DNA of 64,000 nucleotides from Isurus oxyrinchus (Eukaryota), in contig JANJGN010000026.1 of NCBI GenBank assembly GCA_026770705.1, positions 35,464,001 to 35,528,000 on the forward strand, in the 5' to 3' direction. This document shows positions 52,842 to 64,000 of this stretch, in pieces. The number at the start of each line of letters is the position of its first letter. The first letter of the stretch is position 1. The position numbers and the translations under genes were made by a program. The notes beneath the pieces were generated by a model. The model was not told the DNA's origin, made no database searches, and worked only from the letters and a program-made list of their open reading frames with translations.

Positions 52842-53274
52842 GGTTCCAAGGCACAGAAATACACGGCGCCGTCGGATAGAAGAGCCCCGGTGATATTTAA
52901 ATGAACCGTTTGTTTCCTTTGTGCAAAAGAGCAGAGAACCTATCTGGGAAATCTGGAGACTTATCTACATTCCCTGAGCTATATATCTTCATTAAATATG
53001 TTGGAGCTTCCCCGGGATACTGGATGTACCAGAACAGGGTTGGGGCAGCAGCCGTCGAATAATTACAATCCAGTTTTATGCTCTGTCCTTCCAGGACCTT
53101 TAATTCAGGGGAATCCTGGGACACTGAATCTTGACCATTTATTCCTGCAACAAAACACAGAATGTATCAAATATCTGGGAGTGAAGATAACACAAGGAAC
53201 GGACACGACCATTTAAACATTGACTCACCAGGTAGCATGATCATTATTAGCAGCAAAGAACATGGGGAGCACAT
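52842..53274 (-). pseudogene. TRAV: TCR alpha/delta V pseudogene (family A copy 2)
   Basis: Leader MCSPCSLLLIMIMLPG (53274-53229). V exon 53144-52842 has a 1-nt deletion at GNK(T)V giving a stop, then DGAVYFCALEP. RSS CTCACTG-24-ACAAAAACT. Confidence 0.9.
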
Positions 53275-54654
53275 GGTGACAGGATTAGAGCTCAGAAGAA
53301 ATAAGATAAGATTTGAGATATGTTGACACTTCTGTTTTGATATTAAAGAGGAAATTCAGCTCAGGGGCAGACTTCACCTACTGAGGAACTGAGGGGCGTT
53401 TCCCAGCGACAGGATTGGCTGGTCTCTCAGAACTGATGACAGTTGGGCACCAATCAGTGTTAGTTTGGGCCGATTATTTCTTCTGAGTTTCTCTTTCTCC
53501 CTGCCTTTCTCGGGTTTTCGAGCTCTCCCTTGGTCTCAGGATCTCTCTGGCTCGCTTTGTCTTTCGGTCTCTGTGGCTGTAACTCCCTTCTGGCTGTTTC
53601 TGACCCTCCGTCACACATGCTTTCTCTGCCTCTTTCTCTGTCACCCGGTTTCCCTAATTTCAGAATGCAGAAAATCCAATTTTTCCCAGTCTCCCATTTC
53701 AATAAGTTCAGAAAAGTCCTCAATCAACAGGAGCAGCTACAATAGATAAACTACTTAACCGCAGCTCGGAGGCAGCATTAAAATGGAAACAGTTAAGTTT
53801 ACATCCCAACTATGGCACGCGTCCTATTCTTTGTCTGTGTTGATATTTAAGACTCGGCATCCCATCGGGATCTCGGTTGTTTCATTTCGTTAAAGCAAGC
53901 TTCTTTTAACCAGCAATGGCCGAGGTATTAAAATAAACAAGGGAACCGCTAGGATTTAAAGTAAAGTTTAAATTAGCTCGCGTGTATAAGTTCACCTGCA
54001 CTAAGATACATTACAATAATAAGAAGAACTCTAGAAATGCGACATAATCATGCAACAATATCATGCTCCAGTAATTGCAGTTCCCTGATCGTCTCTGTGC
54101 ATTCACTGCAGCGGATATGGGCACAGTAACATGGTGATTATGAAACTACTCTATTAATCTAGGAGGCCAAATGCCTCTCGGAAATTATCCTTTCCCTATC
54201 GCCTGCTATCTTATCTTATTTTTCTTTGACTTCCTGGAATTCCTGCCTCCCTTTCGAGCATTATTATTCTCACTATATCCCTTAGATTCCCTCGCTGTCT
54301 ATGCCGGTTTCTCTTGTTTCGTCTCTCTTCGTTGCTCAATCTGTATTGTCTTCATATTTCTGCATCTGTTTCCTTCAATGTGTCTTCATCTATTTCCCTC
54401 CCTGTCTCCGTTCTCCCTCATTTCTCTCAGTGTCTCTCGGACTGTTTATCTCACTGATTTCTATCATTCCCTTTCCTCCTGTTTATCTCTCCGTATCTTC
54501 ACCTGTTTTCCTCTTTTTGTCTCCATTTCTATCACAGTCTCTCCCTCTGATTCACTCGCTATATTTTTAATTTTTTCTCTTCATTTCTCAGTTTGCATGT
54601 CTTCATGTTGCTGCATCTGTTCCCTTCACTGTATCTTCAACTTTTTTTATGCAT

Positions 54655-55005
54655 TCGTGAGATGTGAGCGTCGCTGGCTGGGCCAGCATTTGTTGATCAT
54701 CCTTAATTGCCCTTATTCAGCGGGTATTTAAGAGCTGACCACATTGCTGCAGGTCTCGAGTCACATATGGGCCAGCCCAGGTAAGGACAGCAGATTTCCT
54801 TCCCTAAAGGGCATAGTGAACCAAATGGGTTTTTATGACAATCGGCAATGGTTTCATGGTCATCATTAGGCGTTTAATTCAAGGTTTTTTTTAATTGAAT
54901 TCAAATTGCATCATCTGCTATGGCGATCCCCAGAGCGTTACCGAGGGTAAACCTTGGCTCTCTGAATGACTCGTGCAGCGACAATGCCACTAGGCCATTG
55001 CCTCC
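54655..55005 (-). mobile_element. SINE inside CT-rich low-complexity DNA (54170-55270)
   Basis: Matches the 5340-5695 element. Confidence 0.7.
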
Positions 55006-55973
55006 CCCTAAATCTCTCTCTCTTTCTCATTTCTCTTAATGTCTCTCCCTCTGTTATCTCTCTCTGCTTATCTCCATCTCTCTCCTTCAATTGTATCGTT
55101 CTCTTCCCTCCTGTTTTTCTCTCTTTATCTCCATCTGCGTTTACCTCTCTGCCTCTCACTCAGTCTCTCTCCCTATATCTCCATCTGTGTTTTTGCCATT
55201 GTCTCACCCACAGTTTTTGTTCCTCTCTGCCTCTCAATGCGCTTCTCCCTCTGCCTGTCCCTCACAGACACGTTTGAAAAACAAATATTTAGCCGCCCAG
55301 GCGGCCCTCTAGTCCATCGTAATTATTTGATTCATTGAAGTTATCCAAGTGTTGTTTTTACATTCCATTCCCTGGGGAGTCTTCAGGATTAGATGCCTGT
55401 TACTGTTGTAGAAGAGGAAGTTAGTCGCCACAACAACAGGCCTCAGAAACTCTCCATTTTATATCAGGACATTCGTTTCCAAAACCAAATGCGGTGTCTA
55501 ATCATTTTCTGGGCCCGAATTAAATTCATCAGAAAAGGCAGCCTTAAACCAATTGATGTACTCAGTCCCCATCAGACACAATAGAGGTCCATCCTTGTAT
55601 AAAAGCAAAACACTGTGGATGCTGGAGATCTGAAACAAAAACAGGAAGTGCTGGAAAGACACAGCAGTTCTAGCAGCATCGGTGGAGAGAGAAACAGAGT
55701 TAACGTTTCGAGTTCAATGTAACTCTTCTTTGGAACCCCGAGTTAGGGAGACAGTTGTATCTTTATTGATGAGGAAAAGTGAAAAACCTGGCTCCAGAGG
55801 GCATGTCAATGGAAAAAATTCCATCGGCGTCAGTTTGCTCCCTTTCCCTCGCCAACGATATGAAAGATATTTACCATAAAAATATCTTTATTTGTAAATC
55901 GCAATGACCCCAAATTAAACCAATTCTCCAGTAATATTCCTGATCCAACGTGTTCAAGAACCAGGAAAACGCA

Positions 55974-56520
55974 ATGAATGGAATTACAGCTTCACGGTTT
56001 TGATTTTAGGTGAGGACTTTGCGGAGAATAGTGTTGCCAACAGAACATGTTTCTTCTCATTTGTATCAGCAGCTTTCGATGGAGAGACTGTGATCCACCA
56101 GTCACAGCGGATCCTTACACAAGAAGGACAATCGAATGAAATGCAGTAAAATGTAATCACCAGAGGCTCTTGAGAGTATTCTATGGCATAGGATACGTCA
56201 GAAAAGTGCTCGAAATTTATCATTTCGACTGTTATCAGAAACATTACAGGCAAACTCTTCAACCTATTCATTTACCCAACAAGAAGTTATAACATTCCCG
56301 GTAAGGGCAGCACTGTTGCACGTGGCATTCAAGAGGGCATTAGATGATTATTTGAATGGAAATAATGTGTCGGAGGATGGGGAAAAGGCAGGGCAATGGC
56401 ACCCTTCTGCTCTGCTGACCCAATGAATGACAATGAGTAAATAATGGCAGCAATCTCTCCAGTATCACAGATATCACAGTGGGACTGGCACTCTGTATTA
56501 CTGCTGCGACAGAGGAACTC
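55974..56520 (+). pseudogene. Degenerate TCR V pseudogene interrupted by a CR1 3' fragment
   Basis: Donor gtgagg at 56010, acceptor at 56069; DGETVIHQSQRILTQEGQSNEMQ*NV.., ILWHR; LYYC at about 56495. Confidence 0.5.
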
Positions 56521-56769
56521 ACTGCAGAGTTACCGACAAAGGCAGCGAAAAGCGGAACTATCTCTTATTATTCCTGATAACTCTAACACTTCGCAGCAGG
56601 TGTGTCCTTCCGAATAAAACCCCCATTCTCCTGCTGATGGCACTAATCAAGTTATTGTCCTTTGTGAAATGATGGTGGTGTCGTTAGTGGAGGGTCAAAC
56701 ACATTTTTCTTTCCCTCTCATTTCCTACATGGTTCAAATGTGAATGTTAAATACCCGCCAGTTTGATCT

Positions 56770-56820
56770 TTCCTGTTGTTCTGAGTCATGGAGATTTTGT
56801 CACTCAACCGCTGTCCTCAG
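56770..56820 (+). pseudogene. 5' fragment of a family C V exon
   Basis: ctgagtcatggagattttgtcactcaaccgctgtcctca (LSHGDFVTQPLSS) matches the 44160 and 51800 copies. Confidence 0.5.
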
Positions 56821-58324
56821 GAGGATCAGAGGTATAGCAGCAAACTGAAAGTTCTGGGAGGGCCTTTAATAGGTGGTGTTATCCGACGTAGTGTCCGCCT
56901 GTGAGAAATTGTGCTGTCTGCACTTGCTGTCTCAGTGATCCCCCCTTCTTTCTGTGAAATAAACTATCCCAAGGAGACAGTTTCCAGCCCTCCTGCCCCG
57001 CTGCTGAAGGACATGTCATTTTTTCAATCAACGTCCTATCCGAGTGCCTGACTGCAACAACACTTAGATCAGTATCAGAATGTTCATGTGTTGAAAACAT
57101 ATCCCGCAAGTTTACTGTAAACTGAATTGTTGAGTCGAATTGGGGGTGGGGGCAGGAGTTCAAATGTGAATTTGTGAAATAAATTCCCAGCTGGAATGGA
57201 AGACGTCGAGACTTCTACAGAGTTCAAGGAAATATTTGGGGCATCGTGGGGGAAGGTTCAGAACATCTGCGAATGATTGATGTTAAATTGGCCGCATGGT
57301 CTCCAACATACCGAATGATCGAATGAACTGGTGCACGGCAGGAACTGCATAGTGTCTGAAGTAAAACTATAAAACTCTGGAGAAGTTCAGCAGGTTTGCA
57401 GCTTTGGAGAGTCGGAAACAGATTTTAGTCGATGATATTCATCATAACTGGAAAAAACTGTAGATGTAACAGGTTGTAAATAATTACGGAGGCAGGCATA
57501 GGCGGCATTACATAAAGAAGAAAATGGTAGATCAGTGAAACGGTGGCTGGCAGGATAGGTTAAAAGTTACAGGCGAGGTGGCCCAAGGGAAAAATGTAAT
57601 GGGGCAAGTAAAGAAACGAAATGTAGCTCTGGCGGAGGTGTACTTAAGGAAAGCAGATTCATCCCTTCGAGTTTCCATCCAAAATGCAAAGAGAAAGCAT
57701 AGAAAGAGCTGTAGAAAAATTGTTAAATGCAATCTTGAATTCGGAAGGTTAACAAGTGCTGGAAAGCTGCACCTTGTAGTTCCAATCACCGCCACCAGTG
57801 GGCAGTGGGAGACTGTTGTGATCAGCGTTGGGGAGAATTCCAGACTGAGAACAATATTCGGTAACTTTATTGAAGAAAATGTCATTGAAGGAACACATGT
57901 GGAAACAAAAATTATTTTAATATTCATAGCATGTTTTATATTGTTTAACGTAATTCATTATAATGAGCTGTCAATGTTGCTATTACTGTTGGCATGTTGT
58001 TAATATTTGAAAAAAAAAGTTCGCGCTGCATCCAAGTGGGGAAGCACACGGGTTCACAATATGAAAGGACACTGTTGGGCAAATCTTCCTGTTGTCACAC
58101 TGAGAATGATCGCAATCTGGAATAAAGCTTCAGTCAGAATGCGGAAGGACAATGCACTCGAATCGTTGGATGCTGCAGTTGAAGGCGAGATGTAGGGTCT
58201 CCCCCGAAAAGAAACCTATTGTAAGAGGGAGAGAATAGCTGTTCTAATTTGTCTATCTAACTATATTGTGTACTGTAGCTTGGCGGGAACTCACGTACTT
58301 ACCGGTACATGCCATCAGAGAGCA

Positions 58325-58450
58325 GTGTGAACCAATGAGAAAATTGAATGTGGGCGGACCGGAGCGAGATCACAAACAGTGTGAGCTGGTGTCAGTGTGA
58401 CACGCTGAGTGTGGGCGGGTAAATCCCAAGACTAAGCTTCTTATATTAGT
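58325..58450 (+). promoter_or_regulatory. Probable promoter of the 58583 V gene
   Basis: CCAAT at about 58332, two GGGCGG boxes, TATA-like ttatatta at 58441. Confidence 0.5.
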
Positions 58451-58582
58451 TCGACAATAAGGCGCCTCTGAGTTGGACCTGAAGCCCGTGTGTAGCTTCT
58501 TGTTAATTCTGCTGAATATCTTCTGCTTCTAACCTGACCTCCCTGGGCAATCGTTTCAGCCGCTTTTTCATGTGATCTGATA

Positions 58583-58915
58583 ATGATCAGAATTTACATA
58601 ATCTGTTTGCTGTTTTTCACTCTGATCTACAAGGAGGTGGCCGGTAAGGATGAGGTGTTGCAGCTCCCTGGGCAGGTGGTCTTTAGGGAAGCGGAAATCG
58701 TAACCATGAACTGCACTCGCACCACAGCGTTTAACCTCGTGTTTTGGTACAGACAGCTCCCGAATCAGCTACCCCAGTATCTGGCAATGGCCACAAGAGG
58801 AACCGGTCAACAAGGGAGGATCACGGCTTCAATCGCTGAAGGCAGCAAACTCAGTATCCTGACTGTGAGCGATGCCCAAGCTACAGACACTGCCACCTAT
58901 CTCTGCGCTGTGGGC
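58583..58915 (+). CDS. TRAV: TCR alpha-type V gene, intact, signal peptide and V in one exon
   Basis: MIRIYIICLLFFTLIYKEVAG-KDEVLQLPGQVVFREAEIVTMNCTRTTAFNLVFWYRQ...DTATYLCAVG; RSS CACAGTG(58916-58922)-23-ACAGAAACC(58946-58954). Confidence 0.9.
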
Positions 58916-59879
58916 CACAGTGTAAAAAACATATGTGGCGCTCGTACAGAAACCTGCACCGAGTGCGAGAGCCGCTTTACTGTTTTTGGACCATCAGCAT
59001 TGCGAGTGGCGCCGTTATAAAATGATCCGTAGGTAGGAGATATGAGTGTCAAAATAAAGAAAACATAGAAGAGAAAGATTGAAAGAGAGTCAGAAATAAA
59101 CAGAGCTGCAAACATAGACGAAGAAAAAGGAAGAGTAAAGACGTAAGCCAGAATATGTAGCGCGAAAGAACGAGAGAAAAAGTGCAGTAATAATACTTGA
59201 ACAGGACATATATTCAGGAAACTACTGAAAGAGACAGCAAAAAGAGATAGGAAGAAAAGAGAGAGAAAGGAGGTGAAGAAAACGGATTTAACCATTGAGG
59301 ACAGACGTGCACTGAGCTGATCCACCGGGGCAACCCCACTCAAGGGCATTGACCAGATCTTCTTTTCATTCAATCAGTTGCATTGTTCAGTTGAATAAAT
59401 TTTATTAAGCTATACGTTTCATTTTCTCTGGTTTATCTGTTTTTACTTCTAATTAACCCCTTCTGTTCAGTTTGTCGTTGTTCACTTCCCTCCAGCTCCG
59501 CGATTCACTTTGCGATCGGTAGATTGCCCCATTAACGTGACCCCGGTCTCAGGTTCTGTAATATGTTGTCGCTCAGGTTCAATGGAGGTTGGGTTTCAGT
59601 ACCCTCTTCCTTGGAGATTATCTCAACATAGCTCCCTGATTTTAGTGACAGAAATAGTTGATTAGAAACGGGAAGGAGAGTTTAATTGGCAGATTTATCT
59701 TTGGCGTCGCTCCGATTGGATTCTGAAGTTTGTTCCTCTCGGCCGCTCCTGGAAACTGTTGGTGACAACCTTATTCAAGGTTTATTTGATTTCCTCTCGC
59801 ATCTTGTTTGAAATGCTTCATTGGTGCGATTGCGCACACCCGTCAACAGATAGGAGCTCGGACACACAGTCCAAAGCAG

Positions 59880-60384
59880 GTTTTTTGTGCAGGTGTGGAC
59901 TTGCTTTCCACAGCTCTGTGTCCCAGGGAGCGCAGTGATGCACCGCAGGCATCATTACTAAAGGGTAAATCTGGACTAAACAAGTTTTATTTTACCTCTA
60001 ATTTCCAAAGTATGGATTGAATCTGAACTTTAAACATCCGTGAGTCAATATTTTTTTTTCCCGATGGGCCCTGTTTTTCAAATATGATTCACAGGGATTA
60101 TATTACTCAGTCGCTCTCCTCAGATGCCAAGGCAGAAGGAGCTACGCTGAATTTAAGTCACATCTATGATACAGCTTGGAGCAGATATAATTTATACCGT
60201 TACCGGCAACACTCAGACACGCAGCCCGAGTTTCGACTGTGGAAATATTCACTTGGTAATTTAGATGAAGCAGAGTTTGACGAAGTCGTTTCTCTACAGA
60301 TCTACAGACCTCGACTAAGTTCATCAGTTGAAATATTTCAAGGCTTCAGCTGCCTGACGCAGCCCAGATGCTGAGTCGCCACAT
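59880..60384 (-). pseudogene. V-delta-like pseudogene (family C) with an internal inversion; most of the V exon now reads on the + strand
   Basis: Plus strand: DYITQSLSSDAKAEGATLNLSHIYDTAWSRYNLYRYRQHSDTQPEF (Cys>His, Trp>Arg, frameshift). Minus strand: leader start at 60384, and AVHHCAPW followed by CACAGAG (59920-59914). Confidence 0.78.
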
Positions 60385-60589
60385 TGCCACTGTCCGCTCT
60401 GTAAAAGGGGAGTAGGATATTTGAAGGCGCCCTTTTCCATCTTCTCTCTCAATGATCTGCTGCCGTGTCTCATGATGCTCTCACCTCACTTTCCTCTATC
60501 TTCGGTGGTGTCCTGAGTCCGGTAAGTGGTGATCTGGCTGTCAGTTAGTGGAAACACCTCGAATTCGGCTATAGTCAGTGCAGAAGGGT

Positions 60590-62520
60590 GCACCCTCCGA
60601 TCCCGCAAAGTGGAAGAGGTGAAGTTACACTCTCCAATTACAAAGAGACCAGAGACTCTCAGGCTTCTTTTAACCGGTTTTATTCAAGCATATGCAAGGC
60701 AGCTGCAATCATTTCTAAGAATGAAGACCCAGTTCCCAGATTGATTACTTTTCATTACTTAAGTACTTTTTCTTATCATAATACATTTGAATACATTTGA
60801 ATACATCCAATCGGTAACCGACACACCGGTCTCATGGTAACCCCATCCGATTGAGTAAATAAACATGTGATTTTGCTAACCAATTATTCTAAAGGAGATA
60901 TACATAATTATGTTATCCAATCAAAATTAAAACTCGTACAACAAAGACTTTGGTTTTCACAGCTCAAGACTGTTTGCGTTTCATCAAAGCCCCCTCTTTG
61001 TCCATTGTATGTCTTCCCATATCTAAGTTAAAACCATCTGCCCCTTCCCTATGTGAAAAGGGAGTACACTTAATCTATTTTATGCCCTGCCTGTGTCTTC
61101 AGCCTGATTCTCAAGTCTGTGCAATATTCATCTGTTAATCGTCAACTCTTAATATACTTAGCAGCCATGTCTACTTGAGGATTTTAAGTTTTCTTCAGTA
61201 AATTCTTACAGTGTTCTCTTTTAGCACGTTTAATTTCTCCCTAAGAGTCACTTTTTTCATAGGCGTGATAGTGTCATTGTTAAAAACTTTGGGATCATGT
61301 GTGTAAGGGTGGGGTGGGGTAGCAGAATGGTGGCAGGGGACAGAATTCATTGATTGGTTCTTGTGATTATTAATGATTTTGGTTTATTCCAGCGTTAATT
61401 CTTCCTCTTACATTTAGCAGCTTCACCAACAGGATGCTGCTAACGGTGACTCCAGTGACCTTTTCCTGACAGATCAGGGAACCAGTGGTTGAAGTTTGAT
61501 TCTGTAATTCTTCAGAGTTATTTATTGGGTCTTCATATTAGAACAATGATACCTGTTGTTACTGAACAAAAAATTTTTCAGACCGAAAGAATTAGCTCAC
61601 GCTTTAATTTAAATTTCACCTAAGTTCCACAATGAACTACATTTTTGACAATTGCCCTTATAGTGTCTTAACTGAAGTACAATCTACAGCTTCCCAGAAA
61701 CAAAACGTGCTGATGTGGTTTTGAAAAAGCAGATTCTAACAAACTGTTTCACAGGACCAATGTTCTCCAGGCCTCAGGCTGCTACTTTCTACAATTAAAA
61801 ACCTTTCACATGCAAAACAAAGGAGCTGGTCTCCAGTGAGACATTCCCGCCCCCGCCGCACTCCTCCTCCCGCCCCCAGCAATTCACTGCAGATTAAAGG
61901 CTGCTTTCCTAAATACTTTTTTTCTTTTTCATGTTCCCCATTGTCTTCACAAACTCCTTTAACTTTGGGTTTCCCAAATATTAAAACCTTTCATGTTCCT
62001 ATGTTACCTTTATTTTGCATCTCACGAATCTCCAGTAAGATGAAAATGTTCTTTGAACCTCTTTTGAAATGCACTAGCTGCACATGAATTTTAACACAAC
62101 ACCAAATGTATATTTCAAATCTACTTTGTTTACTTGTAAATTAAAACCCACCACAAGACCTCCATTAAAATGCAAAGAGATAACACATTTACTCTTTCAC
62201 CCCTTAGACTCCACAAAGAATTTGACTCCAGGAACCTCTGCATTGATTAACCCTGAACATACACAGGCACAGCTTTCCTTACCTACACAGGGTATATTCA
62301 TAAACACACAAAAATAAAAAGATGCACATATAATCACACCTCTCATTGGTTTAATGTGGCAGGAGGGAGAATAGCTCTAGACTGGTTTCATAGCCTCCAG
62401 GGTAAGATGTAGAGCGGGTTCTCGTTGACATGAACTCGTTAGCAGCAGAAGATGAATATCTCTACAACTCTCACTCAGATTACAAAAGCACATGGAGCAA
62501 AGAAATAAACAAATCACAAG
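60590..62520 (-). mobile_element. Possible LTR/ERV-like insertion
   Basis: V-family homology ends abruptly at about 60590; minus-strand AATAAA at about 60680; no protein motif recognised. Confidence 0.3.
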
Positions 62521-63377
62521 ATTTTTAGATTTAGCTTTTCCCCTTTATCATCGATCCCCTCTAACTGTACAGTTCATTGCTTCAGAAAACTGATCTCACC
62601 TCGGCTCTTTATTCCTCCTTCCATTTTCCATACCTTCCACTCACCTGTCCCACTCATTGCTTAGTATCTGAAGCCTATCCTTCAATATGTGGGTTTACTT
62701 TGTGATCCTATTGTCCAATGGACGCTCACATACCATTAAAGTATTCTGATTTGAATTATTAAATTGCTATTTATTACAAAATGAGTCAGATTTTGGAGAT
62801 ACAGCAGTTAACCCGCTGCCCTGGCCTGATGAAAGGAACGTTGTGGCATTACGCCTCCTGGTGGGCATTCTATGAAGTGTTCAGATGCCCCTGAGAGGCT
62901 GTGAGAGATCCAATGTTCATTCAATAACCCGATATGAGATTTCTGGTTCAAAGGAAGCTCGGTTGGAGCAGTTTTGAATTCACATGCCGAGCAGAAACAA
63001 TGGTTTATCTTGTTAAACTATATGCTGGAAAAAGGAAAGTTCAACAATTATGGGTAAAAGTGGAGACAGGCAATGATAAGGCACAGGGCCAAAAAGGAAA
63101 TCATCAGACAAAGGGTGAGTTCAGGCTGCATTGGTGCATTTGTGGAGTTTGTATTTTATTACATATATAACTTAAAATTACAAACGAATATATTTTTGCC
63201 AGTGGACCTCATCTGTTCTTTTTGAGTGCCTTGCTTCATTACACTTTTTAAAACCTCTCTGTGACTCTCCCTGAATTATTGCTTCCGTTTATTGCTGCGA
63301 GAATTGCCTCTCTTGAGCAGTAACTGGAATATTCAACGTCTTTTTGTTTGGGATCCGCTGTATCCCTGGAACTGCGT

Positions 63378-63846
63378 CGTGCTCATGGTACAGAAAAACA
63401 AGACGGGGTCGGAGATCAGGACATTGATGATCGTTGACTCGTTGGTATTAGCAGTTTTACTGAACATGCAGGAGAATCGATCAGCAATTTAAAGGTTCTT
63501 GTTGACTGTCTCGCCGATGATCTGGAACACCCACTGCGACCTGAATCGGTAGTGCTGACTGTAACAGAAAACTGAAGGGTTAGAATCACTTGTTTCCGAG
63601 ATGCAGCTCACTGTGACATTAATCTCCTTTTCAAGCATCATTTCTGGAACTAACTTTTCCACTGAGTTTTGTTCCCTCTTTTCTAACATAAAATAAAGCA
63701 ACGCTCATTACCGTCATTATTACCATTGTCACAGTTTTATTTTTTAGCAGAATTAATAGCTAAACTACGGCAGTCAGGGGGATAATTGATTTTATTAGGA
63801 AGGAAGTACGTACTCAGCAGTGATTTAATGATAAGGAAATGGCCAT
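63378..63846 (-). pseudogene. TRAV: TCR alpha/delta V pseudogene (family B copy 2)
   Basis: Exon from 63682: NSVEKLVPEMMLEKEINVTVSCISETSDSNPSVFCYSQ..NL*IADRFS..DPVLFFCTM. Trp41>Cys, internal stop, decayed heptamer, nonamer ACAAAAAGA. Confidence 0.82.
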
Positions 63847-64000
63847 GCGAGCTGCTGTTTGAGTTTATAACCCCGCATTCATTTAATTCTCTGTCGGATC
63901 AGAAATGTAGATATCCATCCCAGTGCACTGCTGATCCAAACAAATGCCAAGCAGGGAGTAACGGCAGCATTCTGCCCAAAAAAAACAGAGCAAGCAAGGC

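Noticed and set aside
54171-55338. Long hydrophobic ORFs that look like membrane proteins
   Set aside because: Translations of CT-rich low-complexity DNA; the same applies to 58897-59373.
45107-58954. NAR-TCR V plus supporting V-delta cassette
   Set aside because: No D or J segments found between the Vs, no non-canonical interdomain cysteines, and the frameworks are TCR-V-like rather than NAR-like.

Overview
Vertebrate genomic DNA, very likely from a cartilaginous fish (shark-type IgM VH, leader and RSS layout; shark-type repeats). It is an antigen-receptor region. Left end, minus strand: one intact, unrearranged IgM-type heavy-chain mini-cluster, leader-VH(23)-(12)D1(22)-(12)D2(12)-(23)JH, packed into 1651-3411; its constant exons would lie left of the window. 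The middle (about 5-42 kb) is almost all repeats: a 27/54-bp satellite (main block about 9 kb), a ~67-bp satellite, RTE, CR1 and L2-like LINE relics, SINEs, and Penelope-derived elements with hammerhead-like folds and target-site duplications. It also holds a 134-N assembly gap (30748-30881). Right third (42-64 kb): about 13 TCR alpha/delta-type V genes or relics in both orientations, of which only two look open (45107-45607 and 58583-58915, both +). This part shows a ~3-kb inverted duplication, a reconstructable ~411-bp micro-inversion inside a V gene, a V gene with signal peptide and V in one exon, and a V with a shortened CDR2/C'' region. All calls are by eye; repeat boundaries are approximate and alpha versus delta assignment is not resolved.
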